Below are positions 41,031-51,766 of a DNA stretch of 64,000 nucleotides, piece after piece (the stretch's first letter is position 1; the number at the start of each line of letters is the position of its first letter). A program made the position numbers and the translations under genes. Source of the DNA: Macrostomum lignano (taxonomy: Eukaryota). The DNA is taken from assembly GCA_002269645.1 (NCBI GenBank), contig NIVC01000944.1:186001-250000 (forward strand). The letters run 5' to 3'. Under the pieces are notes generated by a model. It worked only from the letters and a program-made list of their open reading frames with translations, was not told where the DNA came from and searched no databases.

Positions 41031-42613
41031 TGGCACAGCTGGGTGTAGACTGAGACTGTGGCATGGTTCCAAATAGCTCTAACTGGCCCAGTATTCAAAG
41101 CAGCTTCACTATTAAGATAGACACTAATCTGAATTATTTCGGTACGTTCCAGTGGTTTGTCTAAGGTGTTTGCAGTTGCACCAGCCGTCAGCAGATCATG
41201 TTGTCATGGCTGCTAACAAGAGTACCGAATCCCGGTATTCCGCCACTCTCAGGAAGGGGCCTTTTTTCGAAAGGCCCAAGCGATTGAAGCGACTGCTTTG
41301 GCGCGTGTTGCCGTCGCAGCAACCGCAGCCGTCACGATGCCCGTCATGCACTAAAATGATGGATCAGATTCGGGCCCAAAACTGTGTAAGTTTTTTATGC
41401 ATATACTAGAAGACGTTAGCAGCCTCGTATATACGAGCGTATATAAGTGTTGTCGATTCTTAAGTTTGAATCTGCTTCGCCACTCTCCTCATTTTTATGT
41501 ACTTAATAGGCCAACAATTGGGCGGAGTTCGTTAAAATCTTCGGAGGTTCAAGCCGAAAATCGTCAGCTGAAAGCTGAAGTTCTTCGGTTGGAAGCTATC
41601 TCCGCTACGAGCTCGTCGGAATCTGGCTCGGAATTCGGAGCCAGGCAGTGCTCTTTCAATCTCGGCCAGCCACAGAGCGGCAAAAGAAGGCGGACCAGGT
41701 GAAGGCGCGACGAATCGCCAGTGCTGCCGAAAATGAGGGGCAGACTTCCGGAAACTGGAACTCCCGCAAAAGACACCGTTAGCAGGATGCAGCTCATCTT
41801 GATGAGTATGCGCATGACCCGGTGCCCGGTATCCGGAGAAGTCCGGGTCGGGCGCATATCTCCAGACGGCGAGCTACTCGAGGAGTGAAATGCGGGCGAT
41901 GTCCAAGATCGAGTGCATAACACCACCACCGCTTTTATTTGCAATTAATTTCTAGCTTTTTGTTAAGGGCACTTTCGCTTGATTTGATTTCATTAGAAAC
42001 GCTCTTCGAGACATTGGCTGTCTACATTTATGAGCCCTGATGGGTCCTGGAAAAGGAGAAAAAAGTCGTTTCTTAATTGTTGCGGAGATCTTTACAATTC
42101 TTAAGCAAGTGAATAGACAAGTCAGCTGACTTGAGTTAACTAGCTAATTAGCTGTATAGCGAGTGACCCACCTGACAGATGCAATCAGAGGTAGGCGATG
42201 GGGATCCCTGAAGAGTAGCCAATGTTGCGATAAGGTGCCCTTGGCACTTGGCATTCTAATTTAAAAACGACCTCCGTTCGCACACTTTGCCTGGATCCAG
42301 TGTACAGGTTCAGCGCCCAGTCCCTACAGCGGTCCGAGCCTCTGTCTTGCCCGCTTTTGTTTCTGCAGCCGCAGCTTCAGGAGACTGGGCGCAGCGATAG
42401 CAGCTCAATGATAATGCAATAAACAGTGACAGTGAAGGACAATAGCATGGATGCGGCGGTAGTGGCAATAGGAGTTGGCTGTCTCAACTTGCTTATATAG
42501 TGCAACACCGCGGCAGCAGAGAATGGCTACTTAACATACATATCTTCTCAGCTGCAGCGGCAGGCCCTCCATTCCGAAACTCTTACCAGCTGTGTCTACT
42601 TGCTCTGTACAGC

Positions 42614-44373
42614 ATGGGTTCGGTGGCTGCGCCCTTTTTGCTCTCCAGCACCGTGTGGCTGCTGGCATCGGCCGTCGCGCTTTGGCCCCTCGCCAGCGCC
42701 ACCTGCAGCATCAGCAGCGGCCCAGCCAACAGCGTCAAATGCCTCAGCATCCCCAGGTACGGCGGCATGCAGTACGCCACCTGCCTGACAAATACCTATA
42801 TTCAGGTCAAGTCCGGCGGCACGCACAGGTAATGCCATGCAAATAGCACAAATTTTATTGAGATTGTGTTCATAAACAGTAAAAAATAGATGGCCGCTAC
42901 GACACTCGCCAATCGTGATAATTTCGCCGGTTTTTTCGTTGCAAAAAAGGAGAGATAGAAAACTTCTCAGCCTGTAGCACGAAACTCCCAATATCTGAAT
43001 TTCTGGACGTCCGAATGAAGCCAGTATGAGTGCAGTTCCGGGGTCTCGCTAAGCACATTGCTACAAAAACCGGGCCTTCAGCGAAGTTTTCATGATTGAT
43101 TTACAAGTGAAAAAGTAGCGTCTGTCTTGTTCTTGGCAGAAGTCAATAATTGTGTTCTGTTCGATTCTTCCCCTATCACGGAATTATTGCCTGCTTGGTT
43201 GAGTTTTCAGGTGCGAGTATACTTACGCTACCTACTGCTACTACCAGTGCATGCTGGAGCTGCATAACTCCAACTCGGGGGCCGTGACACCCGACTGCTC
43301 CTGCGAGGCCTCCGCTGCTCCGACTACAACCCCGGTCTCCGCCGGCACCACCCTGCCGCCGAGCTGCTACAGCCCGACCGGCGAGGACTGCAACTGGTAC
43401 ACCGACTGCCTCGAGCGCAAGGTGCCGTGCGGCCCGCGGAACGGCTACGCGATCGCTTTCGGCAAGAAGTACTGCCAGTTCTACACTGATAACTACTCAT
43501 GGTTCAGCAGTGGGACACGGAAATGGGTCGATGCAGTTCGCAAGTGTCTGCAGGTGGCTCTGGTGCCTCTGTTGCGCCCATTTAAAAATCCTGATTGCCA
43601 AGAGTTGAAGGAAACTGCCATCGCTTCCCACACGGGCTGCTACCTGAGGCCGGCTGTTGGTCAACCATCGATGTGCGACGTAGTAGATAACAACTGCATC
43701 GACATCTTCAAGATTATGTACACAATCAAAGGCGCATTTTGTGGAATCCGACTGGACTGTGTTTACCGGAACGTTGAAATCGTCTGTGGACGTTCTTCAG
43801 GAATGCGCATCGTGGGGAAGAGCCAAGGGCTGCGTTCAAGATGTCATCGAAGGGTCCTGGAATGCTCTTAAATCGGTCGTCTTCGACATCACGCAGAGCG
43901 TGTTCTCCCTGGGCAGGAGGCGCAGGTCTGTGGAGTCAGAGCCCGGGCAGGCCGCCCTGCAGTTCACCGCCGCCCTCGCGACCCGGCTGTCCTGGAAGGA
44001 GCGGGGCATCGAGTGGCTTCCTCTGAGCGTGAAAGGCGGCAGCTCTGGAAGCATCAAGTTCCAGCTCCTGCTTAGAGACCAGCGAGTGTTCAACCTGGAC
44101 AGGAACTATTCGCAGCCAGTGGACCTGCAGCAGGAGGTGCGGGAGCTGCAGAGCAAAGTTCAAAGCGGCGACCTGCTGATCGAACTGAGCGACGGGCGGA
44201 AGTTCTACGCCAGGCAGCTGTCGGACTGCGGCAACGTGAACTGCACCGAAGTCAAGTCCTCAGCCGTCGCTCCGGCTGAGACGCGGGGAGCTCCGGCCGT
44301 GCAGCCTCTGCCGCGGGTGCTGACGGGGATTCTGGCTGTGCTGGCCTGCGCCACCTGGGCCTGGGAAGACTGA
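42614..44373 (+). CDS. Secreted, probably GPI-anchored Cys-rich protein with a stanniocalcin-like (Stc1-type) domain; apparent +1 frameshift at 43737-43740
   Basis: Exons 42614-42828 and 43211-44373 (phase 2). Signal peptide; Cys-rich N domain (KCLSIP...YATC...RC...YCYYQCM...CSC); C.WY.DCLE..VPCG..GYA..FGKKYC...W.DAVRKCLQ.AL...C......SH.GCY; furin-like RRRRS; hydrophobic C-terminus VLTGILAVLACATWAWED*. Confidence 0.75.
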
Positions 44374-44427
44374 CATGAATCTAATTTTCTAATTTTATAT
44401 AGATAAACATTTGTCTGACTGAAAACT

Positions 44428-44480
44428 ATCGTTGTAGAATCGTTGTAGAATCGTTGTAGAATCGTTGTAGAATCGTTGTA
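44428..44480 (+). repeat. 11-bp tandem repeat (ATCGTTGTAGA) x~5 in the 3' region
   Basis: Directly visible. Confidence 0.9.
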
Positions 44481-44741
44481 AGCTTTTGTGCTAAAATTTT
44501 CAAAAGCTTAGCACAAGGACCACTCAAGGATTACTTAAGTCCTATGCGTTATCTTAGTCGTCCTTGGGACAACTGAAGTCACTTCGTTAAGTAGTCCTTG
44601 GCTTAACACTTTTAACAGCTTGTCAATCTATTTCTGTATGAGCAGTGCATCTGAAAGACTCTCGGTCTGCCGGCTTCACTGTCATGGGCAGAATATTGGG
44701 GCATGCTGCAGCCCAATGCCTCCATGCCGGGTCATGCCGGG

Positions 44742-46779
44742 TCACAGCAGGTCTTCGATAGACCGGCCGGGCCGCACGCTGCCCATGACGAGCCGCACAA
44801 ACTCGCGGAAGTCGATCTGACCGTCGCCGTCGACGTCCGTCTCTTTTATCATGTCGCGGGCCTCCGCCATGGTTACGGGCTCGCCCAGGGCCGTCATGAA
44901 CGCCACCAGCTCCTCGGGGTCGATGGTCCCGGAGCCGTCGGTGTCAAACAAGGCGAACGCGCTCCGAAGGTCGGTGCGGGAGTCATCGGCGGTCAGGCCG
45001 CGGCAGAGCACGGAGACGAACTCGGTGAAGTCGATCTGCCCGTCTCCGTCGTCGTCCACGAAGTCCAGCATGGCCTGAGGGCGAAGGCGGGACGGCGAAG
45101 ACTTGCGATCGTCGTGATGTCAGTGTGTGGTGTGTCTGATGTCAGTGTGTGGTGTGTCTGATGTCAGTGTGTGGTGTGTCTGATGTCAGTGTGTGGTGTG
45201 TCTGATGTCAGTGTGTGGTGTGTCTGATGTCAGTGTGTGGTGTGTCTGATGTCAGTGTGTGGTGTGTCTGATGTCAGTGTGTGGTGTATCTGATGTCAGT
45301 GTGTGGTGTGTCTGATGTCAGTGTGTGTTGTGTCTGATGTCAGTGTGTGGTGTGTCTGATGTCAGTGTGTGGTGTGTCTGATGTCAGTGTGTGGTGTGTC
45401 TGATGTCAGTGTGTGTTGTGTCTGATGTCAGTGTGTGGTGTGTCTGATGTCAGTGTGTGGTGTGTCTGATGTCAGTGTGTGGTGTGTCTGATGTCAGTGT
45501 GTGGTGTGTCTGATGTCAGTGTGTGGTGTGTCTGATGTCAGTGTATGGTGTGTCTGATGTCAGTGTATGGTGTGTCTGATGTCAGTGTGTGGTGTATCTG
45601 ATGTCAGTGTGTGGTGTGTCTGATGTCAGTGTGTGTTGTGTCTGATGTCAGTGTGTGGTGTGTCTGATGTCAGTGTGTGGTGTGTCTGATGTCAGTGTGT
45701 GGTGTGTCTGATGTCAGTGTGTGGTGTGTCTGATGTCAGTGTCTGGTGTGTCTGATGTCAGTGTGTGGTGTGTCTGATGTCAGTGTGTGGTGTGTCTGAT
45801 GTCAGTGTGTGGTGTGTCTGATGTCAGTGTGTGGTGTGTCTGATGTCAGTGTGTGGTGTGTCTGATGTCAGTGTGTGTTGTGTCTGATGTCAGTGTGTGG
45901 TGTGTCTGATGTCAGTGTGTGGTGTGTCTGATGTCAGTGTGTGTTGTGTCTGATGTCAGTGTGTGGTGTGTCTGATGTCAGTGTGTGGTGTGTCTGATGT
46001 CAGTGTGTGTTGTGTCTGATGTCAGTGTGTGGTGTGTCTGATGTCAGTGTGTGGTGTGTCTGATGTCAGTGTGTGTTGTGTCTGATGTCAGTGTGTGGTG
46101 TGTCTGATGTCAGTGTGTGGTGTGTCTGATGTCAGTGTGTGGTGTGTCTGATGTCAGTGTGTGTTGTGTCTGATGTCAGTGTGTGGTGTGTCTGATGTCA
46201 GTGTGTGGTGTGTCTGATGTCAGTGTGTGGTGTGTCTGATGTCAGTGTGTGGTGTGTCTGATGTCAGTGTCTGGTGTGTCTGATGTCAGTGTGTGGTGTG
46301 TCTGATGTCAGTGTGTGTTGTGTCTGATGTCACTCTTGATGTGTCTGACCTTCATGTCCCAGTAATTCTGGGTAGTTACGCTAAGTTAGCTAAGTAACCA
46401 AGGCAATGCCTGAACGCTTAACCTGGCTCGAAAGATTTACACAAGGATCACTATAGAAGTTACCTTTGTACAAGGGTACGAGTATTTACATTGCCTAGCT
46501 GTCCAGAAGTCTGTCCAGCTGTAGCTTTCATGTTTCATGGTTTGTACGATTTATCTTAGCCAACAAAGCCTGCAGTCTCACCTGAACCTGCTCGTCCTTC
46601 GCTTTGTAGCCCAAGGTGCGCATGATGTAGGCCAGCTCCGAGTGCGAGATGAAGCCGTCGCCGTCTTTGTCGAAGTAGGCGAACGCGTCGCGGAACTCGG
46701 CAATCTGGGCGCTGTCCAAGTTGCTCACAACGCCCGTATCCCTCCGCTGCTGCGGCTGCTCAGGCTGCTGGGCAGACAT
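44742..46779 (-). CDS. Calmodulin-like four-EF-hand protein (~176 aa)
   Basis: Exons 46582-46779 and 44742-45074, phase-0 GT-AG intron. EF loops DKDGDGFISHSE, DDDGDGQIDFTE, DTDGSGTIDPEE, DVDGDGQIDFRE; QIAEFRDAFAYFD opening. Confidence 0.92.
45113..46333 (+). repeat. 20-bp minisatellite (GTGTGGTGTGTCTGATGTCA) x~61 filling the calmodulin-like intron
   Basis: Directly visible; very homogeneous. Confidence 0.98.
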
Positions 46780-47357
46780 GCTTCTCAGCTTTAGCCTGCT
46801 CAGGAATTTGCTAACACTTGCAGGCTCAAGCAGCTCTTTTTGCTACTCTTTAATTCCACTGCAAGAGGTGGGGCGAAATGAAATCTCTGAGTGTCACGGG
46901 CAGGCTGCACATTTGCCTGCACTGTACGTTACAGACCTATTAACTGTGAGCTTGAGAGCAGAATTTCTACTTGTAACTTTTTTATCTGCTTGTCAAGCAG
47001 AGCGCCCCCCCCCCTTAGTGCACACAGTTCATTGTTGCAGATCTTCATGCTGTGCAAGACCGACCGCGCGCTTTGCAGGGAAATGCCTTGCCAACTTGCC
47101 TGAAGCTGGGTGATAAGTTTTATACTCTCTTTAAATAAGTCAAAGCAGACACGATAAAAGTGTACTCGGATGCGTAATAAAGTTTTGATGACGCTTCGTA
47201 GCTCCTTAGCGTATATTTGTGAACTCTTGCTTATACTTGTAATAAACAGCAGAAAATCACATTTATACTATATAATCATTAGATTTGTTTGTTACCTACA
47301 TGTACTAAGTGCACAGTACAGTGCATATTGTTCTTAGAGCAGTGCCGATTCACACGC

Positions 47358-48126
47358 TCAGGTCGCAGCTTTGCGCAGCGCTTCAAAAGTCGTGGCGAGA
47401 TCCCGGACCAACTTCTGCGTCTCCTTGATCTGGCCGGCCTGCGCCTCCAGACCGTTCAGAATGTTCACCAGAGCTTCGTTCGCCTGCGATACGATTGGTG
47501 CGAGCATATGCTCAAGGTTTGGCCTCCGCTTCAGCAGTCCCTTCAGCTTGTTCAGCCCCTTCTTCAAGTGACGGAAGACGTTCAGCTTGCGGAATATCCT
47601 CCGGATCCTCGGCAGACGGAGTCTAAAGCGCCGCAGGCGGATCCTCGGCAGGCGGATCCTCGGAAGGCGGATCCTCGGAAGGCGGATCCTCCGAAGGCGG
47701 ATTCTCGGCAGGCGGATCCTCGGCAGGCGGATCCTCGGCAGGCGGATCCTCGGTAGGCGGAAGCGGAAACGCCTCCATTTCTGCTGCAGTTGGACTTCTT
47801 CTTCGGGACTCAGATCGTACTGTTGTGGGCGAAGCATTGCAACGATAAGGTTAAAACACGCCGGATGCGACGGTACGGGGAGCTGTTTGATTTCTCACCA
47901 CATCGGGGTCGTCCAGCAGCTCCAGCGCCTCCAGGTTGTCCGCCTCAGCCTCGTCAGCGGGCTCCAACAGGTTCTCCTCTACTGGAGACTCCGCTTCGGC
48001 TGCCAGCTTCTCCTCGGGTTCCGCGGCCACCGCCTCACCCAGGTGGGCGGCTGCGGCTCCTAGGAGCAGCAGCAGCAGCGGCAGCAGGTGCAACCGGTAG
48101 CCGGTGAGCATTTTCCCGGTAGCCAT
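47358..48126 (-). CDS. Secreted precursor A (229 aa): signal peptide, acidic propiece, QQKW, (LPRIR)n Arg/Pro-rich region, amphipathic basic segment, coiled-coil-like tail
   Basis: Exons 47899-48126 and 47358-47819; 79-bp phase-0 intron GTGAG...CAACAG. Spliced junction reads LELLDDPDV|[26 protein letters not shown]. Confidence 0.85.
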
Positions 48127-48182
48127 GCCTGTAGCAGAGCTGGGGTGCGAGAGACGCGGGCCTGAGAGCTGCGCGGGCACCG

Positions 48183-48218
48183 CTTTTATGCAGCCGCCCG
48201 AAACCCGGATTCCCCGCG
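48183..48218 (-). promoter_or_regulatory. TATA-like box plus upstream GGGGAATCC (kB-like) motif of precursor A
   Basis: Sense CGCGGGGAATCCG-N15-CATAAAAG, 57 bp above the ATG; a similar arrangement occurs at precursor B. Confidence 0.45.
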
Positions 48219-48446
48219 TGAATCCGTCTTTTGCTTCTGACAAAAGGAAAACAGGGGGGGGGGGCAGCAATTCCCGGAGCTCTGAGTCCCGCCTCCGTGC
48301 CGGCCGAATTCCGGATGTGAGAGGCTGCAGACTGCAGGCCTCAAGTTGACGCAGAGCTTTTCTTTTCGCGTGAGCAGTACAGGAACAATGAAGATGGACG
48401 TAAATTTTCGCGAAGATCCGCGGATCATCCAGACTGGCTCAGACTA

Positions 48447-48538
48447 GCGTGATGTCTGCGTGATGTCTGCGTGATGTCTGCGTGATGTCTGCGTGATGTC
48501 TGCGTGATGTCTGCGTGATGACTGCGTGATGTCTGCGT
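48447..48538 (+). repeat. 11-bp tandem repeat (GTGATGTCTGC) x~8
   Basis: Directly visible. Confidence 0.95.
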
Positions 48539-49049
48539 GGAAGCAGGCATGCTTGATGTTTTTTAACCCTAGCGAGTTCTAACGATTCAAAACACGCAAG
48601 TAGCGATCGGAATGAGAAATCATGCATTGATTCGTCTCTCCCTGTCCCATTTCAGAGTTTTGTTTTACAAATACTGCTCACCACCTTGTCAAAGTTTCCA
48701 TTTTAAAATTATGCAATCGCATCTTTGCATTTTTCATGTTTTACAAAATTTAATCAATTAACAAAGAAAAAGCAAAATATATTGATTTTTCATAACGGAA
48801 AGAGTAAATACGAGATACGCTCGTAGCTGTTCAAATTTATTAATATTTAGCGCTTGTTTCACTCGAAGAGTTGCAATAATCACTACAGGATGTTTAGTCA
48901 CGCATGTAATTACTGGAAACCGTAAAGTCTATAATTATATATGGAGCTGTAAGTTTCTCATTCATTAACCTCTCTGAGACATAAATCATAGCTATTTATT
49001 GTCCGCAGTTCTCAATTGAGCTCAGCAACCCGGGCCAGTCGGGATTGCC

Positions 49050-49514
49050 TCAGCCGACGCGGCGGCTCAGGGACTCCTGGTCGCGCGCCAGCCGCAGCAC
49101 CGCCTGCTGGATCTGCGCCAGACCCTTGGACTGCGCCTGCATCTCGTTGCTCATCTGCTGCATGACATCGCTGAGGCGGTTGATGGCGCTCGTTGGCCTC
49201 ATGCGGGCGGCCTCCGCCAAGCGGGCGCGCATGCCGCTGAAGTCGGTGCGCAGGCTGCTGAAGCGGGGCGTCCACTTCTGCTGCTGGCTGAGGCTCGACT
49301 GGAATGCGCAGGGTCAGGAGGGTCAAGAGGTCAGTCAGGGCGAGTAGCCACTCAAGTCAATTTTCGGGTGCGAGTCTCAAGTTAATACTTAGTTAAGACT
49401 TACGTCATCAATCTCAGCAGCTCCATCCGAAGAGTCGGGCTCACTTTGAGCAGCGGCTGCTCCTAGAAGCAGCAGCACGGCGAGGGCCGCGGTGGGAAGC
49501 AGTTGGGTGCGCAT
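49050..49514 (-). CDS. Secreted precursor B (119 aa), paralogue of precursor A without the LPRIR repeat
   Basis: Exons 49404-49514 ([37 protein letters not shown]) and 49050-49298 (SSLSQQQKWTPRFSSLR...ESLSRRVG*); 105-bp phase-0 intron GTAAGT...TTCCAG. Confidence 0.85.
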
Positions 49515-49610
49515 TGCGTTGCGTTCGTCTCTGTGGGGCTTCTTGAGCTCGGGCTGGGTCTGAGGTCTCGGGTCGAGAGATGAAGGCCTCGCGGCCACTC
49601 GGCCTGGCGG

Positions 49611-49645
49611 CTTTTTATTGCGCCGGCAATCCGGGATTCGCCGCG
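49611..49645 (-). promoter_or_regulatory. TATA-like box plus CGCGGCGAATCCCG motif of precursor B
   Basis: Sense CGCGGCGAATCCCG-N11-CAATAAAAAG, about 97 bp above the ATG. Confidence 0.4.
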
Positions 49646-50094
49646 CAGCTCCGGGATCCGAGGCACTCGTTGCAGAGGCGAGTGGCGTCCCCGAGTCCAG
49701 GATTTTCGCGGCTCAAAGTTAGAAATAAAATCAGTGCTACCTGCTCTCCACGAATCCAGGAGTTGCACTGGGGTTGTGCGGAGTGCTGGCAGGACAATAG
49801 GCTTGAGCAGAGGGCGGCAGAGTGAGCACACTAGTAAATATTTTCAAGCGGAGAGTTCTCTGGCCTTAATGATAATGATGGCCAGGCTTTTTTGAGCATT
49901 TCTATTTGCAGGTCTGCATTTCTCCTAAAGCAAAGAGCAAGATTTTCTTGAAAATATGACTGTGAATTTAGAAGCCAATGCTGTACTTTCGAGAGGCAAT
50001 CATTTTTACATATAAGGAAAATTAAAGAAAACTTGAAATTTGGGAATTGGTCAGAGAACCAGACTGAACGGAAAAATGTTGCTTAAAAAGCGAG

Positions 50095-51399
50095 AGTGAA
50101 TGTGAATCCGAGTGTTAGTGTGAATGTGAACCTGAGTGTTAGTGTGAATGTGAATCTGAGTGTTAGTGTGAATGTGAATCCGAGTGTTAGTGTGAATGTG
50201 AATCTGAGTGTTAGTGTGAATGTGAATCCGAGTGTTACTGTGAATGTGAATCCGAGTGTCAGAGTGAATGTGAATCCGAGTGTTAGTGTGAATGTGAATC
50301 CGAGTGTTAGTGTGAATGTGAATCCGAGTGTTAGTGTGAATGTGAATCCGAGTGCGAGAGTGAATGTGAATCCGAGTGTTAGTGTGAATGTGAATCCGAG
50401 TGCGAGAGTGAATGTGAATCCGAGTGTTAGTGTGAATGTGAATCTGAGTGTTAGTGTGAATGTGAATCTGAGTGTTAGTGTGAATGTGAATCTGAGTGCA
50501 AGTGTGAATGCGAATCTGAGTGTTAGTGTGAATGTGAATCTGAGTGTTAGTGTGAATGTGAATCTGACTGTTAGTGTGAATTTGAATCTGAGTGTTAGTG
50601 TGAATGTGAATCTGAGTGCAAGTGTGAATGTGAATCTGAGTGTTAGTGTGAATGTGAATCTGAGTGTTAGTGTGAATGTGAATCCGAGTGTTAGTGTGAA
50701 TGTGAATCCGAGTGTCAGAGTGAATGTGAATCCGAGTGTTAGTGTGAATGTGAATCCGAGTGTTAGTGTGAATGTGAATCCGAGTGTTAGTGTGAATGTG
50801 AATCCGAGTGCGAGAGTGAATGTGAATCCGAGTGTTAGTGTGAATGTGAATCCGAGTGCGAGAGTGAATGTGAATCCGAGTGTTAGTGTGAATGTGAATC
50901 TGAGTGTTAGTGTGAATGTGAATCTGAGTGTTAGTGTGAATGTGAATCTGAGTGCAAGTGTGAATGTGAATCTGAGTGTTAGTGTTAATGTGAATCTGAG
51001 TGTTAGTGTGAATGTGAATCCGAGTGTTAGTGTGAATGTGAATCTGAGTGCTAGTGTGAATGTGAATCTGAGTGTTAATGTGAATGTGAATCTGAGTGTT
51101 AGTGTGAATGTGAATCTGAGTGTCAGAGTGAATGTGAATCTGACTGTTAGTGTGAATGTGAATCTGAGTGCTAGTGTGAATGTGAATCTGAGTGTTAGTG
51201 TGAATGTGAATCTGAGTGTTAGTGTGAATGTGAATCCGAGTGTTAGTGTGAATGTGAATCTGAGTGTTAGTGTGAATGTGAATCTGAGTGTTAGTGTGAA
51301 TGTGAATCTGAGTGTCAGAGTGAATGTGAATCTGAGTGTTAGTGTGAATGTGAACCTGAGTGTTAGTGTGAATGTGAATCTGAGTGTTAGTGTGAATGT
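50095..51399 (+). repeat. 24-bp satellite (GTGAATGTGAATCTGAGTGTTAGT) x~54, intergenic
   Basis: Directly visible; source of the spurious 439-aa VNVNLSVS ORF. Confidence 0.98.
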
Positions 51400-51766
51400 T
51401 TATCTGCTTCAGTAGCTGCCTCGATAACAGCTAGCGTAAAAAGCTACAGAAATTTTTTGCGATATGCACTACTTATCCAGTCTGGCCAGTAGTGACCATA
51501 GACTTTAAATGTACACGTAAATTAAATTTTGTCAATGCACTTTTAAAAATGATGCAGGAATGTTGACAAACAGCTTTAGTATAACCTTGAACTCTTGAAC
51601 TTTGGTGGCTCAGTGTCGTATTTTATTGAGACAAGGCAATAAATCACAGTATTTAACATGCAGCATAGCAATTTTGTATTTAAAAATCATATACTGATCA
51701 CATGGCATTGAAACAGCAAAGTCTCGGCCTGCTTCCAATGTACACAGCGCGGCCTCAGGTGCGGCC

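Noticed and set aside
47587-48063. Plus-strand ORF with (RILGR)n repeats
   Set aside because: Antisense shadow of precursor A; TTG start, no signal peptide, whereas the minus strand has splice sites, signal peptide, TATA-like box and a paralogue.
50096-51415. 439-aa VNVNLSVS ORF (amyloid- or ice-binding-like appearance)
   Set aside because: Pure 24-bp satellite, GTG start, no signal peptide or unique sequence.
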